64,000 nucleotides of DNA, taken from assembly GCA_029007885.1 (NCBI GenBank), contig JAQXIR010000077.1:25693-89692 (forward strand), in the 5' to 3' direction. The notes under the pieces are model-generated. The model was given only the letters and a program-made list of their open reading frames with translations. It did no database searches and had not been told where the DNA came from. The translations under genes and the position numbers were made by a program. This document shows positions 61,398 to 64,000 of this stretch, in pieces. This DNA comes from Lachnospiraceae bacterium (GTDB lineage: Bacteria; Bacillota; Clostridia; Lachnospirales; Lachnospiraceae). Every line of letters starts with the position of its first letter. Positions within the stretch are counted from its first letter, which is position 1.

Positions 61398-63338
61398 ATG
61401 AGCAGAATCAGAGAAAAAACAGATGTATGTGTTGTCGGTGCAGGTCATGCAGGATGTGAGGCTGCACTTGCATGTGCAAGAATGGGACTTAATACAATCA
61501 TGTTTACGGTTAGTGTTGACAGTATTGCGTTAATGCCATGTAATCCAAATGTCGGAGGAAGTTCGAAAGGTCATCTTGTCAGGGAACTGGATGCGCTTGG
61601 CGGCGAAATGGGAAAAAACATTGATAAGACATTCATTCAGTCTAAAATGTTAAATATCTCCAAAGGTCCTGCCGTTCATTCTCTTCGAGCACAGGCAGAC
61701 AAAGCAGAATACTCCAGAGCAATGCGAAAAGTATTGGAAAACCAAGATCATCTTACAATTAAACAGGCGGAAGTAACACAACTTTTAACCACCGATGATC
61801 TGGCTCATATGAATGACCAAAATGAAATCGAAGAATATGAACGTGATTTTGAAAATTTGACAATAGCAGGAGTCAAGATATTTACCGGAGCTGTTTATGA
61901 AGCAAAAGCAGTTATTTTATGTACCGGAACATATTTGAAAGCAAGATGTCTTTGCGGTGAAGCAATAACATATACGGGACCGAACGGATTGCAACCGGCA
62001 AATCATTTAACCGATTCTTTAAAATCTCTTGGAATAGAGATGAGAAGATTTAAAACGGGAACGCCTGCAAGAATGGATAAACGTTCTATTGATTTTTCAA
62101 AAATGGAAGAACAATTTGGTGATGAAAAGATTGTTCCTTTTTCTTTTTCAACAAATCCGGAAGATATACAGATTGAACAGGTTTCGTGCTGGCTTACTTA
62201 TACCAATAAAAATACTCATGATATCATTAAAGCTAATCTTGACCGCTCTCCGATTTATGCGGGAATCATTGAAGGAACCGGGCCAAGATATTGTCCTTCT
62301 ATTGAGGATAAAGTCGTAAAGTTTGCGGATAAAGAAAGACACCAGGTATTTATTGAACCGGAAGGACTTCATACAAATGAAATGTATGTCGGCGGAATGT
62401 CTTCTTCTTTACCGGAGGATGTACAGCTTGCGATGTATCGGACTGTACCGGGTCTTGAAAATTGTAAAATTGTCAGAAATGCTTATGCTATCGAGTATGA
62501 CTGTATTAATCCGGTTCAGTTATATCCGACTTTACAGTTTAAAAGGGTAAAAGGACTTTTCAGTGGCGGTCAATTTAACGGAAGCAGCGGATATGAAGAA
62601 GCAGCTGCGCAGGGATTAATTGCCGGTATCAATGCAGGACTGTTTATTCAGAATAAGGAACAAATTGTATTGGATCGTTCCCAGGCATATATCGGTGTTT
62701 TAATTGATGATCTGGTAACGAAAGAAAATTTTGAACCTTATCGAATGATGACATCAAGAGCAGAATACCGTCTTTTATTAAGACAGGATAATGCAGATTT
62801 ACGACTACGTGAGATTGGATATCGTGTAGGACTTGTTTCAGAAGAACAATATCGGGCAGTTTTAGAAAAGAAAGAATTAATCGATGCGGAAATAAAACGA
62901 TTAAAAGAAACTTCAATCGGAGCAAATAAGGAAACACAGAATTTTTTAGAAAAGCATAATAGTTCAACTTTAAAGACAGGAAGTAATCTTTCTGAAATTT
63001 TATGTCGTCCGGAAATGACTTATGAAATATTAAAAGAAATTGATGAAAAGAGAGAGCCTCTTCCGGAAGATGTAATTGAACAGGTAGAAATTGAAATTAA
63101 ATATGAAGGATATATCAAACGTCAGATTCATCAGGTGGAACAATATAAAAAGATGGAAAAGAAACGGATTCCTTCTGATATTAATTATGATGATATTAAG
63201 AGTCTTCGTTTAGAGGCAAGACAAAAGTTGAAATTATACCAACCGATAAACGTAGGACAGGCATCTCGCATTTCCGGTGTTTCTCCGGCAGATATTTCTG
63301 TGATTCTGGTGTATCTGGAACATAAGAATAAAGAATAA
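61398..63338 (+). CDS. mnmG: tRNA uridine 5-carboxymethylaminomethyl modification enzyme MnmG
   Basis: FAD-binding motif [12 protein letters not shown] and [13 protein letters not shown]. Confidence 0.97.
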   Translation: MSRIREKTDVCVVGAGHAGCEAALACARMGLNTIMFTVSVDSIALMPCNPNVGGSSKGHLVRELDALGGEMGKNIDKTFIQSKMLNISKGPAVHSLRAQADKAEYSRAMRKVLENQDHLTIKQAEVTQLLTTDDLAHMNDQNEIEEYERDFENLTIAGVKIFTGAVYEAKAVILCTGTYLKARCLCGEAITYTGPNGLQPANHLTDSLKSLGIEMRRFKTGTPARMDKRSIDFSKMEEQFGDEKIVPFSFSTNPEDIQIEQVSCWLTYTNKNTHDIIKANLDRSPIYAGIIEGTGPRYCPSIEDKVVKFADKERHQVFIEPEGLHTNEMYVGGMSSSLPEDVQLAMYRTVPGLENCKIVRNAYAIEYDCINPVQLYPTLQFKRVKGLFSGGQFNGSSGYEEAAAQGLIAGINAGLFIQNKEQIVLDRSQAYIGVLIDDLVTKENFEPYRMMTSRAEYRLLLRQDNADLRLREIGYRVGLVSEEQYRAVLEKKELIDAEIKRLKETSIGANKETQNFLEKHNSSTLKTGSNLSEILCRPEMTYEILKEIDEKREPLPEDVIEQVEIEIKYEGYIKRQIHQVEQYKKMEKKRIPSDINYDDIKSLRLEARQKLKLYQPINVGQASRISGVSPADISVILVYLEHKNKE

Positions 63339-63350
63339 AAGAGTAGAATT

Positions 63351-64000
63351 ATGGAAGAAAAAAGTATAAAACAATTTGAAAAGGATTTATCTTCTTTTGG
63401 AATTTCTCTTACAAAAAAACAAACTGATCAGTTTATTCGGTATTATGAATTATTAACGGATTGGAATACCAGAATGAACCTGACGGCAATTACCGATTTT
63501 GAAAAAGTATGTAAAAAGCATTTTTTAGACAGTCTTTCGATTATCAAGGCATATAATCCCAACAGAGAAATTGCAATGATTGATATCGGAACCGGAGCAG
63601 GGTTTCCGGGAATACCAATTAAGATTGCATTTCCAAAATGCAGACTGACATTACTCGATTCTTTACAAAAACGAGTAACATTTTTAAATGAGGTTGTGAA
63701 AGAATTACAGCTTGAAGATGTTACAGTTTTTCATGGTCGGGCGGAAGACTATGCAAAAGAAGGACAACTACGGGAACAATATGATTTATGTGTTTCCAGG
63801 GCAGTTGCCAATCTTTCTACCTTATGTGAACTTTGCATTCCCTATGTAAAAATAGGTGGTGATTTTATTGCTTATAAATCAGAGAAAGCCAATGAAGAAA
63901 TGATACAGGCAAAAAGGGCAATTTCTATTCTGGGCGGTTTAGATGCAGCATGTGTTTCTTTCCGATTACCGGAAACAGATTATGAAAGAAATCTGTTGAT
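63351..64000 (+). CDS. rsmG: 16S rRNA m7G527 methyltransferase RsmG (3' end outside the window)
   Basis: NLTAI...KHFLDSL and the SAM motif DIGTGAGFPGIP. The frame is still open at the window edge. Confidence 0.93.
   Translation, partial: MEEKSIKQFEKDLSSFGISLTKKQTDQFIRYYELLTDWNTRMNLTAITDFEKVCKKHFLDSLSIIKAYNPNREIAMIDIGTGAGFPGIPIKIAFPKCRLTLLDSLQKRVTFLNEVVKELQLEDVTVFHGRAEDYAKEGQLREQYDLCVSRAVANLSTLCELCIPYVKIGGDFIAYKSEKANEEMIQAKRAISILGGLDAACVSFRLPETDYERNLL

Overview
This window spans the chromosomal replication origin of a low-GC, spore-forming, flagellated Firmicute. Gene content (bofA, yaaL, spoIIIJ/yidC-jag, SigD-type flagellin promoters, fru operon) looks Clostridia/Lachnospiraceae-like; I cannot name the species from sequence alone. 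From oriC (about 53.5-57.2 kb), gyrA-gyrB-recF-yaaA-dnaN-dnaA runs on the minus strand and rpmH-rnpA-yidD-yidC-jag-mnmE-mnmG-rsmG on the plus strand. Most genes left of the origin are on the minus strand, as expected for co-orientation with replication.

Left of the origin, in order:
- fruR-fruK-fruA operon
- dGTPase and a CPA2 antiporter
- GH25 muramidase
- MBOAT/SGNH O-acyltransferase pair
- a tightly packed seven-gene operon: two ABC exporter halves, GNAT, HflK, HflC, flavodoxin
- cysK, a Cof hydrolase, an ABC-F ATPase and an Rpn-family nuclease gene
- three consecutive regulator-plus-membrane-partner modules (PadR, YozG-HTH/DUF2975, LytTR/LiaF-like)
- NhaC
- a 1712-aa secreted beta-rich protein
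- a TPR protein with a degenerate AAA+ domain, followed by glgB
- a small flagellar cluster (1027-aa unknown protein, flagellin, FliS)
- yaaL, bofA and a prepilin peptidase

No rRNA, tRNA or CRISPR array was recognised, and I did not find a clear new multi-gene system. Most of the window is ordinary core chromosome.

Observations most worth follow-up:
1. An apparently intact ISLre2-like IS with a perfect 9-bp target duplication sits inside oriC, between the dnaA core promoter and its DnaA-box cluster.
2. A 19-bp inverted repeat brackets the Rpn-family gene.
3. Two different direct-repeat pairs, each at 21-bp phasing, sit just upstream of the divergent promoters next to a receiver-less LytTR regulator.
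4. A large repeat-containing protein of unknown function heads the flagellin cluster behind a SigD-type promoter that overlaps the glgB terminator.
5. A TPR-acidic protein has a SpoVK/CbbX-like domain whose Walker motifs are lost.
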